The translations under genes and the position numbers were made by a program. From NCBI RefSeq assembly GCF_046119375.1, contig NW_027362771.1:581746001-581810000 (forward strand): 64,000 nucleotides of DNA. Direction: 5' to 3'. The first letter of the stretch is position 1, and each line of letters starts with the position of its first letter. Under the pieces are notes generated by a model that made no database searches, was not told the origin of the DNA, and saw only the letters and a program-made list of their open reading frames with translations. This document shows positions 49,921-61,943 of this stretch, piece after piece. This DNA is from Phyllobates terribilis (Eukaryota).

Positions 49921-50606
49921 TAGGGTTAAAGCTTACTTATAGGATTGGGTTGGAAAAACCTGTCGATAGGGTTAAACTTACCTATAGGGTTTGGTTGGAA
50001 AACCTGTCGATAGGGTTAAAGCTTACCTATAGGGTTGGGTTGGAAAACTTTTCGATAGGGTTAAACTTACTTATAGGTTTGGGTCGGAAAACCTGTCGAT
50101 AGGGTTAAAACTTACCTATAGGGTTTGGTTGGAAAACCTGTCGATAGGGTTAAAGCTTACCTATAGGGTTGGGTTGGAAAACTTTTCGATAGGGTTAAAC
50201 TTACTTATAGGTTTGGGTCGGAAAACCTGTCGATAGGGTTAAAACTTACCTATAGGGTTTGGTTGGAAAACCTGTCGATAGGGTTAAAGCTTACCTATAG
50301 GGTTGGGTTGGAAAACTTTTCGATAGGGTTAAACTTACCTATAGGTTTGGGTCGGAAAACCTGTCGATAGGGTTAAAACTTACCTATAGGGTTGGGTTGG
50401 AAAACCTGCCGATAGGGTTAAAGCTTACCTATAGGGTTGGGTTGGAAAACTTTTCGATAGGGTTAAACTTACCTATAGGTTTGGGTCGGAAAACCTGTCG
50501 ATAGGGTTAAAACTTACCTATAGGGTTGGGTTGGAAAACCTGTCAATAGGGTTAAAGCTTACCTATGGGGTTGGGTTTGGAAAACCTGTCTATAGGGTTA
50601 GGTTAG
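49921..50606. repeat. 44-45-bp satellite with a 134-bp trimeric higher-order repeat
   Basis: The variant word TAAAGCTTAC recurs at 50017, 50151, 50285, 50419 and 50553, a spacing of exactly 134 bp. Confidence 0.92.
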
Positions 50607-50650
50607 GAAAAAAACAGTCATGTTTTTCTCATCCTGTACATACTCTTTAA

Positions 50651-51717
50651 GGCAATGTTCACATGGAGTTTTTTAAGTAGAAACCATTTCGGTAAATGCT
50701 CTTCTTGGTCATGTGGACATGATGTCTTTTTCAGAGAAATTTTGTAGTGGAAATTGCTTAAAAATCCTATCAGAAAGCGCTACAAAGAATGAACACATAC
50801 ATTGCTATAGAAAAACCACTTGCTGTGCACACATTCAGGCTTTCCATTGCTTTTTAACCACTTTATGAATCGAAAGCTGCCAAGTGGTTGATAGAAGTGA
50901 CCTGTTTGTTCTTTTGACGTTTTCCGCTCAGAAATTGCTGTATACTTTACAAATCAATTGGAAAGCTCAAAAGACATCTATGAAAGCGTTGTGCCATCGT
51001 TCTTGCTTTTAAAAAAATGCTAGCGGTTTCTTCATTATTAGAGGTAAAAAAAAAACACCAGAAAACAACAGTAAAAAAAAGGCGTCACAAAAAGGGGAAA
51101 AAAACGCCACAAAAGATGAGTTAGGAAAAAAAATGCCACCGTTTTTTGAGGCGTCTTCTGCTTAAAAAAAAACTTGGTGGGTTCACACGAGATTTAAAAA
51201 CATTGTGTGTACGTACCCTACATGGCTATGTGCACACAAAGTCTTTTTTGTGCGTTGTCGGAGCAGAAACTGAGCGGAAATTCAAGTTTTTGAGTTTTAA
51301 GATTTGGAGGAGGATTTGGAGAGTTTCCAATTAGTTTCCGCTCCAAAAACTCCTAAAAGAACACAGGCTATGGAGAGTTTTTAGAGTTTTCCTTTTCCTG
51401 AAGGATTTTGGAAGAGAAAATCAGTGTGTTCACAGTCTGTCAGGAGCGTTTGGAGAAGTTTGTTTCTTCTCTTGAAGAGTTTTTTTTTTTTTTTGCAGAT
51501 GATTTATTGGACAGTGACTATTTTGGAGCAGTTTCCATCAGGATTTTTTCAAAAAATCAAAAGTCTAAAAAATTCCCCATGCGAACAATAAACTGGGCTT
51601 CTCATACAACTGAATAGGAAGAGTTTTCCAAACATTTTTTTAAGTGGTTTTAAGGAGGATTTTTGGAGCAGATCTGCTGGAAAAAAAAATTCTCAAAAAC
51701 TGTGTGTGAACATAGTC
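50651..51717. mobile_element. Harbinger-type MITE or tandem pair of MITEs
   Basis: TAA flanks (50648-50650, 51718-51720). Termini GGCAATGTTCACA / TGTGAACATAGTC, with additional internal termini near 51218-51224. Confidence 0.6.
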
Positions 51718-51722
51718 TAAGG

Positions 51723-53287
51723 CAGAGGTCCCCAACCGCCGGTCCGCGGACCAGGACCGGGCCGTTGGGGTTTTTCAGCCGGTCCGCGGGGAGAGGGGGC
51801 CCCTCCAGCCTCCAGCAGGGCCGCCATCAGGGCATGACTGCCCTGACTCCAGTATGGGGCCCGGCCGGTAGGAGCCCCCTCGGAGCCCCCCTCTTGTGCG
51901 TCTCTCTCCTCATGGGGCCCCCGGCCGCATGCTAAGCGCCGGGTCCGGGACATCTTAGCGCTGCGCTGCTGCGGCAGCACCTTCATGATTCCCCTGACTT
52001 CCGGTCATGTGACGGCGCCGTCACATGGCCGGAAGTCAGGAGAACCTGGTGTCAGCGATTTGGACGAGCGCCAGGATTCTGCAGGGATCGCATGGGGGTA
52101 AGTATAACAAGTTTTATTTTTTTTTAAATACAATTAACTAGGAGTGGGGGGAATGGGAGATGCACATGGGGGGAGGGGAGAGATGAGAGATGCACATGGG
52201 GGAGGGGAGAGATGAGAGATCCACATGGGGGGGAGGGGAGAGATGAGAGATGCACATGGGGGAGGGGAGAGATGAGAGATCCACATGGGGGGGAGGGGAG
52301 AGATGAGAGATCCACATGGGGGGGAGGGGAGAGATGAGAGATGCACATGGGGGGAGGGGAGAGATGAGAGATGCACATGGGAGGGAGGGGAGAGATGAGA
52401 GATGCACATGGGGGGAGGGGAGAGATGAGAGATGCACATGGGAGGGAGGGGAGAGATGAGAGATGCACGGGGGGGTGAGAGATGCACGGGGGGTGAGAGA
52501 TGCACGGGGGGGTGAGAGATGCACGGGGGGGATGAGAGATGCACGGGGGGTGGATGAGAGATGCACGGGGGGGTGAGAGATGCATGGGGGGGTGAGAGAT
52601 GCACGGGGGGGTGAGAGATGCACGGGGGGTGAGAGATGCACGGGGGGGTGAGAGATGCACGGGGGGGATGAGAGATGCACGGGGGGTGGATGAGAGATGC
52701 ACGAGGGGGTGAGAGATGCACGGGGGGGATGAGAGATGCACGGAGGGGATGAGAGATGCACGGGGGGTGGATGAGAGATGCACGGGGGGTGGATGAGAGA
52801 TGCACAGAGGGGGATGAGAGATGCACGGAGGGGGATGAGAGATGCACGGGGGTGAGCTGCACATGGGGGGGTGAGAGATGCACATGGGGGGGTTATGTTT
52901 ACATAACTTTGTTGCCTTATGAAGGGCGGGGGGGGCCCCCAAAAATTTCTTGCACAGGGGCCCACTACAGTCTATGTCCGCCCCTGGGATGAAGTAAATG
53001 CAGTTGAACAGCAGCTGTCAGGACAGCTGCCCTGTCCTGCTGCAGGGCGTGATGGGGCCTCAGTGATGCGGCTCCTGGCACAGCACATTATGTGGGGCTC
53101 CTGGCATAGCTCCTGGCGGGCACCTGGTCTACACTATATGATAAGTATGCACTAAACTCCAAATCCCTCCATTACCCCGCCCCCATATGACCAAAGCCCC
53201 GCCCACCCCACCCTCTCCTTGCTGGGCCATGGAAAAATGATCTTGCTTCAAGCCGGTCCCTGGTGCAAAAAAGGTTGGGGACCACTG
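51723..53287. mobile_element. Non-autonomous hAT-type element with an internal G-rich minisatellite
   Basis: TIR CAGAGGTCCCCAACC / GGTTGGGGACCACTG. Exact 8-bp TSD GTCTAAGG (51715-51722, 53288-53295). Confidence 0.88.
52150..52890. repeat. Two-phase G-rich minisatellite (~29-30-bp units, then ~19-23-bp units)
   Basis: GAGATG(C)ACATGGGGG(G)AGGGGAGAGAT units change to GAGAGATGCACGGGGGG(G)T units at ~52465. Confidence 0.92.
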
Positions 53288-54881
53288 GTCTAAGGCACAT
53301 GTTTCTATTATACTTTTCCTCTTGATTGTTCCACTGCTGGTTTTGGCCAAATAATGAATGTGGCTTTAGTGTTAGTTCCTTCATCCTGCGGTGACGTCTG
53401 TGTCGGCCTCCCATCCATACGCACATGAGGACACGTAGAAATAAGAGTCCTACAATGCCGGCAGCCGCAGCCTCCCACTTGCTCAAATATAGAAACAGTT
53501 AAGTAATTTCTCTTTTATTTTTTTTTAATTAAACTCATTAGAGGTAACAGTGAGGCCTTTGAAAGTTAGTGCGCCCCTGGCAGGTAGACTAATGGCTTCT
53601 CCCTTCCACTGCTAATATTATTTTAGTTATGAAAATAAGAGAGGAATCTCTCGCTGTCCCGGATGTTGGGGCGGGATGGGGGGAGGGAGGTGCTGAAAGG
53701 TGTCTATTGTTAGAGGACAAGAAAAAGCCTCTTTTTCTGCACAAAGGCTTTTTATTATGATGTGCAGACAGGCCCGAGGTGGAATTGTGCAGTTCCCTCC
53801 TGTTCCTGTTGGAATCCATTGCCAAATGTTCTGACCGTGCACCAGTGTTCTCTTATCCCTAATAACAGCGCAGCTTCATCTCCGGGGGCGTTTGGGCTAG
53901 AGATCCATATTATGTGATTTATTAAACAATCTATAGGTTGATGCCAAATCCTAGGAATCTGGAAAATGTCACTATGGAAAAAAAAAATAAAATAAAATAA
54001 AAACATATTTTTTTTTTAATCTTCCATGTGGAGTTAAATAGAGATGCCATATTGTCATTATTAGTGGTAGTAATTGTATAGTCGTGATGCAGCGCAGTTC
54101 CTAGTTTCTAATTAGAAGAAATGCATACTAAGCACCATTAGGGGGCAGTGCTCCATTTCTTTCATAGGGATCGCCAAATTCTTTGTTTTCCCATAAAACA
54201 TTTAAAGGGATTGTGTCATCCCCCTCCACATTTTTTTTTCCAAAAATTGAATTAATTCTATTAATATTTTATTTTTTTTAAAAACTTTTCATTGCTATAA
54301 AATCTGAAAAATAATTTAAAAAGATTTAATATGTTCTACTTTTAAACACTAGGGGGAGCAGTTGCTAAAATTTACCATGAAAACCTAGTGTACTGCTAGC
54401 TCGCATTATGACTGCTGTAAAGGTGGGCGGGATCTGCTCACATAGGTGTAACGTTACTCCTCCCCTCCCCTTCTGGGAGGTCGCAAAAGGCTAAGGGAGG
54501 ATATAGTTTAGGATCATAGTGCAGAGACATTACTGGTGACTGTAAATTGATACTGATCACTTAGAAATGTCTCGCTGATGCCCCCTAGGGGTCAATTTCA
54601 TGCACAGCTCTTTTTGAGGTCCAGTAGAGGAAAATAGCAGTGTGCTATTTAGCTGTGTACAAAAGTAGACTGATGAGGTTTATACAAGAAAGAACTGTTT
54701 AGGCCCCCAGCCCTTAACCCCTTCATGACAGGACCAATTTCCGTTTTTACGTTTCCGTTTTTTGCTCCCGTTCTTCCAAGAGCCATAACTTTTTTAATTT
54801 TTTGCCATATAGCCGTATAAGGGTTTGGCTTTTTGCGGGACAAGTTGCACTTTTGAATGGCACCATTCATTTTATCATATA

Positions 54882-57287
54882 CAGGTGCATCTCACTAAAT
54901 TAGAATATCATCATAAAGTTAATTTATTTCAGTTCTTCAATACAAACAGTGAAACTCCTATATTATATAGAGTCATTACAAACAGAGTGATCTATTTCAA
55001 GTGTTTATTTCTGTTAATGTTGATGATTATGGCTTACAGCCAATGAAAACACAAAAGTCATTATCTCAGTAAATGAAAATAATTAACAAAAAACAACTGC
55101 AAAGACTTCCTACACGCTTAAAAAGGTCCCTTAGTCTGTTTCAGTAGGCTCCACAATCATGGGGAAGACTGCTGATGCAGCGCCCCGAGGGTTCGGCCAC
55201 TACAGAGGTATTGCATCTCATCCAGATGTGCGATATCTCACTTCCAGATAAGGATGGAGTGTGAATCAGGACCTCGGCACCTGCATGCATTACACCACAT
55301 TTCCGGGGGGCAGGGCGACCGATATGCTCCAAGTAGAGCACGACAGTCCCTGTCCCAGGCTGGAGTGGGGGGGGGGAACACCGAGGAAGGGGGGATCCTG
55401 TAGTGCATAGGAGGGAGAGGGCAGTTCCTGGGTGCACCTAGAAGGAGGTATAAAAGGTGGGCACCATCTTAGTTCTGTGTGAAGTCAGTCAGTTCAGTAG
55501 TTGGGAGAGGAGGAGGCTGGGAGCAGAGGCTCTGCATGGGCTCTGCTCCGCAGGCAGGCCGGAGAGGACGGCCGGAGCCTGGAGGAAGGAGAAGGAAGGA
55601 GAAGGAAGGAAGAGGAGCGGAGGAGGCTCCAGGAACAAGGAACGAAGGGACCCCAGGGGTGTGGACCGGCGAGTCGCCACCGCACGCCCGAATCTACCTG
55701 CGTAGAAGGGTCAGGCCAAAGGGGGAGACCGGTCCCCCAAACTAGTGGAGGCGGGGAACTACCCTCAGCTAGAAACCGGAGGCTGTGACATTTCATGTGG
55801 CGCAGCCCCTCGCTACACCCGCTAGGAAGGCACCACATAGGGTCAGGCAAACTGGCGCCAAGTTTTTCCAGAGAAGGCTCGAGGCAGCCGGACAGAAACG
55901 AGGTCACTGGCGGGGTATGACAGGCCAGAGAAAGGACACACAAAGGGGGTCCTGTGAAACGCTCCAAAGTTATCTGGGAGTAGGCCGAGCCCCTCACCCG
56001 GTGAACGCAGTGCGACGTGGGACGTTATGACCAGCTGGAGTAACGTGGATAAAGAACTGTGAGTAAATTCCCTGGACTGCATTACAGGACTCTGTGTCGT
56101 TACTGCTGCTCCCGCGCACCATCACCCCCAACTTCCACACTTGCTGCCCTGAGGCTATACTCCTCCCGTGGGGAGTTATACTACCCTCTGCTGCACCCAC
56201 AACACCAGCCTCAGCGGTCTGCCCCGCAGCGGTGGTTCATTCTGACCGCAATCCACAGGTGGCGTAGTCAGACATTTAATATCACAAAACCCTATAAATA
56301 GACTGCCATTTTGGTTGACCACCCTGAGCCACGGGACCGGGTCCCCGCCACGCAAGGACTACAATCCCCAGTATCCACAAAAGGTCCGGTTCCGGGTGTC
56401 CCCACACACACGTGGCCCAGGGGGCGCGTCACTGACTTGACAGATGTCCAGAAGGCAGTCATTGACACACTCCACAAGGTCCCAGAGTCTGGAGGAAGAA
56501 TGGAGAGGCCACAATCCAAGCTGCTTGAGATCTAGTGTGAAGTTTCCACAATCAGTGATGGTTTGGGGGCCATGTCATCTGCTGGTGTAGGTCCACTGTG
56601 TTTTATCAAGACCAAAGTCAGTGCAGCCGTCTACCAGGACATTAGAGCACTTCATGCTTCCCTCTGCCGACAAGCTTTTTGGAGATGGAAATGTCATTCT
56701 CCAGCAGGACTTGGCCCCTGTCCACACTGCGAAAAGCACCAATACCTGGTTTACACACAACAGTATCACTGTGCTTGATTGGCAGCAAACTCGCCTGATC
56801 TTAACTCCATAGAGAGTCTATTATAGAGAATCTATGGGGTATTGTCAAGAGGAAGATGAGACACCAGACCCAACAATGCAGACGAGCTGAAGGCTGCTAT
56901 CAAAGCCACCTGGGCTTCCATAACACCTCAGCAGTGCCGCAGGCTGATCGCCTTCATGCCACGCCACATTGATGCAGTAATTGATGCAAAAGGAGCCCCG
57001 ACCAAGTATTGAGGGCATTTACTGAACATACATTTCAGTAGGCCAATATTTCGGATTTTAAAAACATTTTTTCAAGCTGTTATAAAGTATTCTAATTTAC
57101 TGAGATAATGACTTTTGTGTTTTCATTGGCTCTAAGCCATAATCATCAACATTAACAGAAATAAACACTTGGAATAGATCACTCTGTGTGTAATGACTCT
57201 ATATAATATACGAGTTTCACTTTTTGTATTGAAGAACTGAAATAAATTAACTTTTTGATGATATTCTAATCTAGTGAGATGCACCTG
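54882..57287 (+). mobile_element. Internally deleted Tc1 element split by a solo LTR
   Basis: TA-flanked long TIRs CAGGTGCATCTCACTAAATTAGAATATC. MGKTAD|LTDVQKAVIDTLHK is interrupted after the fifth codon. VKFPQSVMVWG and QQDLAPVH motifs follow downstream. Confidence 0.9.
55176..56431 (+). mobile_element. Solo LTR, 1256 bp, same family as 24252-25514
   Basis: TG...CA ends, 4-bp TSD CTGA (55172-55175, 56432-56435). Shared blocks include TATAAAAGGTGGGCACCATCTTAG and ACCACCCTGAGCCACGGGACCGGGT. Confidence 0.85.
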
Positions 57288-59269
57288 TAGTGTACTGGAA
57301 ACGGGAAAGAAAGTGCGTTGAAATTGCAAAAAGAAAATGCAATTTCACAAATGTTTTTTGGGTATTTTATTTACCATGTTCACTGACCTTTCAATATGAT
57401 TCTCCAGGTCAGTATGAAAACACAGATACCAAACATGTACAGTTTTGTTTTTTTTAAGTAGTGAAAAAAAAATTTGGAAATTTCTAAAAAAAAAATGTTT
57501 TGCGTTTATCGCCATTTTCTAAGACCTCTAACATTTTCATTTTTTGGGATCTGGGGCTGAGTGAGGGCTTATTTTTTGAGCTCTGAGCTGTCGTTTTTGG
57601 GGTAGATCTGAAGTTTTGATTGCCCGTTATTGCATTTTATTGCAATGTTGTGGCGGCTAAAAAAACATAGTTCTGGCATTTCGATTTTTTTCTTGTTACA
57701 CCGCTTACCGATCGGATTAATTTATTATATATTTTGATAGATCGGACATTTCTGAACACAGCAATACCAAATATGTGCACTTTTTTATTGTTTTATTTTT
57801 AATGACGCAAAAGGGGGGTGATTAGAACTTTTGTGGTTTTTTTTCCATATTTTTAAAACCTTTTTTTTCTCACTTTTTACTGTATTGAAAAGTCCCCTTA
57901 GGGAACTTGAAGGTGTGATTGTCTGATCGCCTGTGCAATGTATAGCAGTTTTACCGATTTCCTATGAATGCAGACTAGGGGCCGGCATTCACAGGAGGAT
58001 TGTAATGACAGGCAGAGGGTCTTCGTGACATCCCATCGGCGCCCTGCAATCACGTTACGGGCGCGCCGATGGGTGGTAGGAATGATGCGCTCCCAGCTGC
58101 TGTGTGTTAAATCCCGCTGTCAGTGGGATTTAACAGGTTAATAGCAGCAGGCGGAGCACCGATCCACCCATGGCTGCCAGAGGCACTTGATGGCTGCAGC
58201 GACATGTGCAGGGAAAGATGCGGGCTCAGCCTGTGACCCCACGTCAAAGCCAGGGAGCCGACACATGAAGTACCAGTACGTCTTATGTTGGTAAGGGATA
58301 AAAGATTTATATACAAAGGAGGTGATTCATTAAAGTTTTTATGCCAATAAAATACTTTCGAAAAGTAGCAAAATTTTCAAGTAACTCGCAGTTGGAAGCA
58401 CCTCTGTCGAAATGTCCGGAGCTGAGGAGTAACCGGGACAGGGCGTGGTCACATTCGCCTGTCAAATTCCACAAAAGTGCACAAGTTTTTTACGCAATTA
58501 ATAATATTCCAGTCCCTTGAGGCGTAGGTCATAGAAAAGGTGCGCCAAATTTATTAAATGGTGTTCAACTCTTAATGAGTTTGGGACATCGTACTCCAGC
58601 GAGCCCTTCATTAAGGGTCACATGCACAACACAAGTCTTAATGAATCGGCGCCGAGGTATAAAAGTTGGAAAAGTTTCCAATACCCTGTTAACAAAGCAT
58701 TTCAGCGGTTCCCTTCAGACATACTTGCTTTACCCCTCCATCCCGCAGGTCGTTTTCTTTCTTTCTCCATCGGCTACGTCCTGTAGGTTTTCCACAATTG
58801 GTGGTCGTGGTCGAGCATGTGCAGAGCGCTACAGATTAGACCCATACACTGTGTAAGAAGTTTAATGAATGTGCGCTACACCCAGCTGACCAGAACTCCA
58901 CAGTCTTGCATGTGCGCAAAGCTTGTCGATTAGTTCGGTACAGAAGGGAAATTATGGAACTTGTGGTTAGAAGAGGGCTTTGGCCGGTCATGTGGCACAT
59001 GGTGCCATTCTTGCCTTTTCAGGTATGGAACAAGGAATAAGTAGGATGAGTAATGACATAAACTGTACACTTACAAGGCTGAGAAATATTGGACTTGACT
59101 TAAGGACAGGGGTGGGCCATTAATTTTTCTGAGGGGCCACATGAGAGACCCCGACTATTGTGGAGGCCGAATCAATTAGCTGAAATTAATTCTGCTCAAT
59201 ATTAATATTAATTACAATTAATATCAAATATTAATTATATCACGTAATATTGAGCAGAATTAAGTATGC

Positions 59270-61270
59270 TGACATCCCCCTATATACCGTATAAGTCCAC
59301 AAACAGCCCCCTACACAGTATGAGCCACCACATAACCCCTGTATATACAGTATGAGCCCCCATATAACCCCACTATATACTGTATGAGACCCTACACAGT
59401 GCCCCAATATACAGTATGAGCCCCCATATAACCCCACTATATACCTTATGAGACCCTACACAGTGCCCCAATATACAGTATGAGCCCTCACATAGCCACC
59501 TACAGTGGGGAAAATAAGTATTTGATACACTGCTGATTTTGCAAGTTTTCCCACCTACAAAGCATAAAGAGTCTGAAATTTTTATCGTAGGTACACTTCA
59601 ACTGAGAGAGACAGAATCTTTAAAAAAAAATCCAGAAAGTCACATTGTGTGATTTAAACATAATTAATTAGCATTTTATTGCATGAAGTGAGTATTTCAT
59701 ACAATAGAAAAACAGAACTTAATATTTGGTAAAGAAACCTTTGTTTGCAATTACAGAGGTCAGACATTTTCTGTAGTTCTTGACCAAGTTTACACACACT
59801 GCAGAAGGAATTTTGGTCCATTCCTCCATACAGAACTTCTCCAGACTTCTCAGGTTTTGCGGGTATCACGTTTCAGCTCCTTCCAAAGATTTTCTATTGG
59901 ATTCAGGTATAGAGACTTTCTAGGCCACTCCAGGACCTTGAAATGCTTCTTACGGAGCCACTCCTTAGTTGCCCTGGCTGTGTGTTTTGGGACATTGTCA
60001 TGTTGGAAGACCCAGCCACGACCCATCTTCAATGATGTTACTGAGGGAAGTAGGCTGTTGACCAAAATCCCTGATACATGACCCCATCCATCCTCCCTTC
60101 CATATGGTGGTTGTCCTGTCCACTTTGCCAAAAAGCACCCCCAAAGTATGATGTTTCCCCCACCATGCTTCATGGTTGGGACGGTGTTCTTGGGGTTGTA
60201 CTCATCCCTCTTCTTCCGCCAAACACGGCGAGTGGAGTTGATAGCAAAAAGTTCTATTTTGGTCTCATCTGACCACATAACCTTCTCCTATGCCTCCTCT
60301 GGATCATCCAGAAGGTCAATGGTGAACTTCAAAAGGGCCTGGACATGTGCTAGCGTGAGCAGAGGAACATTACGTGCCCTTCAGGATTTTAATCTATGAC
60401 GGCGTAGTGTGTTACTAATGGTAATGTTTAAGACTGTGGTCAAAGCTCTCTTCAGGTCATTGACTATGTCCTCCTGTGTAGTTCTGGGCTGATTCCTGAA
60501 TCATCCTTACCCCATGAGGCGAGATCTTGCATGGAGCCCCAGACCGAGGAAGATTGACAGTCATCTTGTGTTTCTTCCATTTTCTAATAATTGCGCAAAC
60601 AGTTGTTGCCTTTTCACCAAGCTGCTTGCCTATTGTCCTGTAGCCCATCCCAGCCTTGTGCAGGTCTACAATTTTGTCTCTTTTGTCCTTAGACAACTCT
60701 TTGGTCTTTGCCATGGTGGAGAGGTTGGAGTGTGATTGATCGAGTGTGTGGACAGGTGTCTTTTATACAGGTAATGAGCTCAAACAGCTGAACTTAATAC
60801 AGGTAATGAGTGCAGAGTAGGAGGGCTTCTTAAAGAGAAACTAACAGGTCTAGGAGAGCCAGAATTCTTGCAGGTTGGTAGGTGATCAAATACTTATTTT
60901 GTGCAATAAAATGCAATTTAATTATTTAAAAATCATACAATGTGATTTTCTGTATGTTTTTTTAAATTCTGTCTCTCACAGTTGAAGTATACCTACAATA
61001 AAAATTATAGACCTCTCCATTCTTTGTAGGAGTCGGCAGTGTATCAAATACTTATTTTCTCCACTGTGTATATAGTATTAGCCCCCACACAGCCTCCTAT
61101 GTACAATATGAGCCCCCACATAGCCTCCTACATTCAGTATAAGCCCTACATAGTCCTCTACATACAGCATGAGCCCCCACATAACCTCCTATATAGAGCA
61201 TGAGCCCCCACATAACCTCCCTATATTCAGTATGATCCCTCAAATAGCCCCCTATATACAGCCACACATC
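59270..61270. repeat. Degenerate ~29-30-bp TATGAGCCCCCACATAGCC...TATATACAG minisatellite, split by the Passport-like element
   Basis: Units at 59270-59500 and 61067-61270. Confidence 0.7.
59503..61066 (-). mobile_element. Passport-like Tc1 element, near full length, frameshifted
   Basis: TIR CAGTGGGGAAAATAAGTATTTGATACAC. Minus-strand [47 protein letters not shown] and NPIENLW match the recalled Passport transposase. Confidence 0.9.
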
Positions 61271-61273
61271 CTC

Positions 61274-61316
<43 letters not shown>

Positions 61317-61856
61317 CAAACCAGAAAAGCCTGACCAGCACCTACTAGTGTGAACTAGTGCCAGCTGCCGTAACTATAAAATATATCGAAAGAATGCAGC
61401 AGCACTCCATATGGCCAAGATATGTCTTAACAATGAAAATAATGAAAATATTAGATCTAAACTGTTATGCTTAGCAACAAGTACTTACAAACAATGAAGG
61501 TTTTTAGCGCATAAATTGGCCAATTCATGTGTGCCCATCAACCACGGCAAGGTAACCTCCCCCTGATGGGTAACTACTCTGCCTAACAAACATGTCTTCT
61601 TCTGGGCTAAAAACACCTACATTTAAAGGGCAAGCAGAGCTGTTTATACAACACCTGCTGGTTAATGGGAGGAGTGCAGAATCAGGCAAGAGGCAATATG
61701 AGCCCCCACATAGCCTCCTACATTCAGTATAAGCCCTACATAGTCCTCTACATACAGCATGAGCCCCCACATAACCTCCTATATAGAGCATGAGCCCCCA
61801 CATAACCTCCCTATATTCAGTATGATCCCTCAAATAGCCCCCTATATACAGCCACA

Positions 61857-61860
<4 letters not shown>
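61104..61860. repeat. Perfect 167-bp direct duplication around an unrelated ~380-bp insert
   Basis: 61104-61270 is identical to 61694-61860 (offset 590). Each copy is followed by a (TA)n tract. Confidence 0.9.
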
Positions 61861-61919
<59 letters not shown>

Positions 61920-61943
61920 GAGAAAGGGTGAGAATACTGCAAA

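Larger units (their letters stand above)
54718..58298. mobile_element. piggyBac-type non-autonomous element hosting a Tc1 insertion
   Basis: TTAA then CCCCTTCATGAC at 54718. The right end GGTAAGGGA-TAAA is degenerate. The interior resembles parts of 45200-45950. Confidence 0.65.

Noticed and set aside
59107-59230. Complete hAT element beginning CAGGGGTGGGCCA
   Set aside because: Only a left end is visible. No matching right TIR or CTTAAGGA duplication was found in the window.
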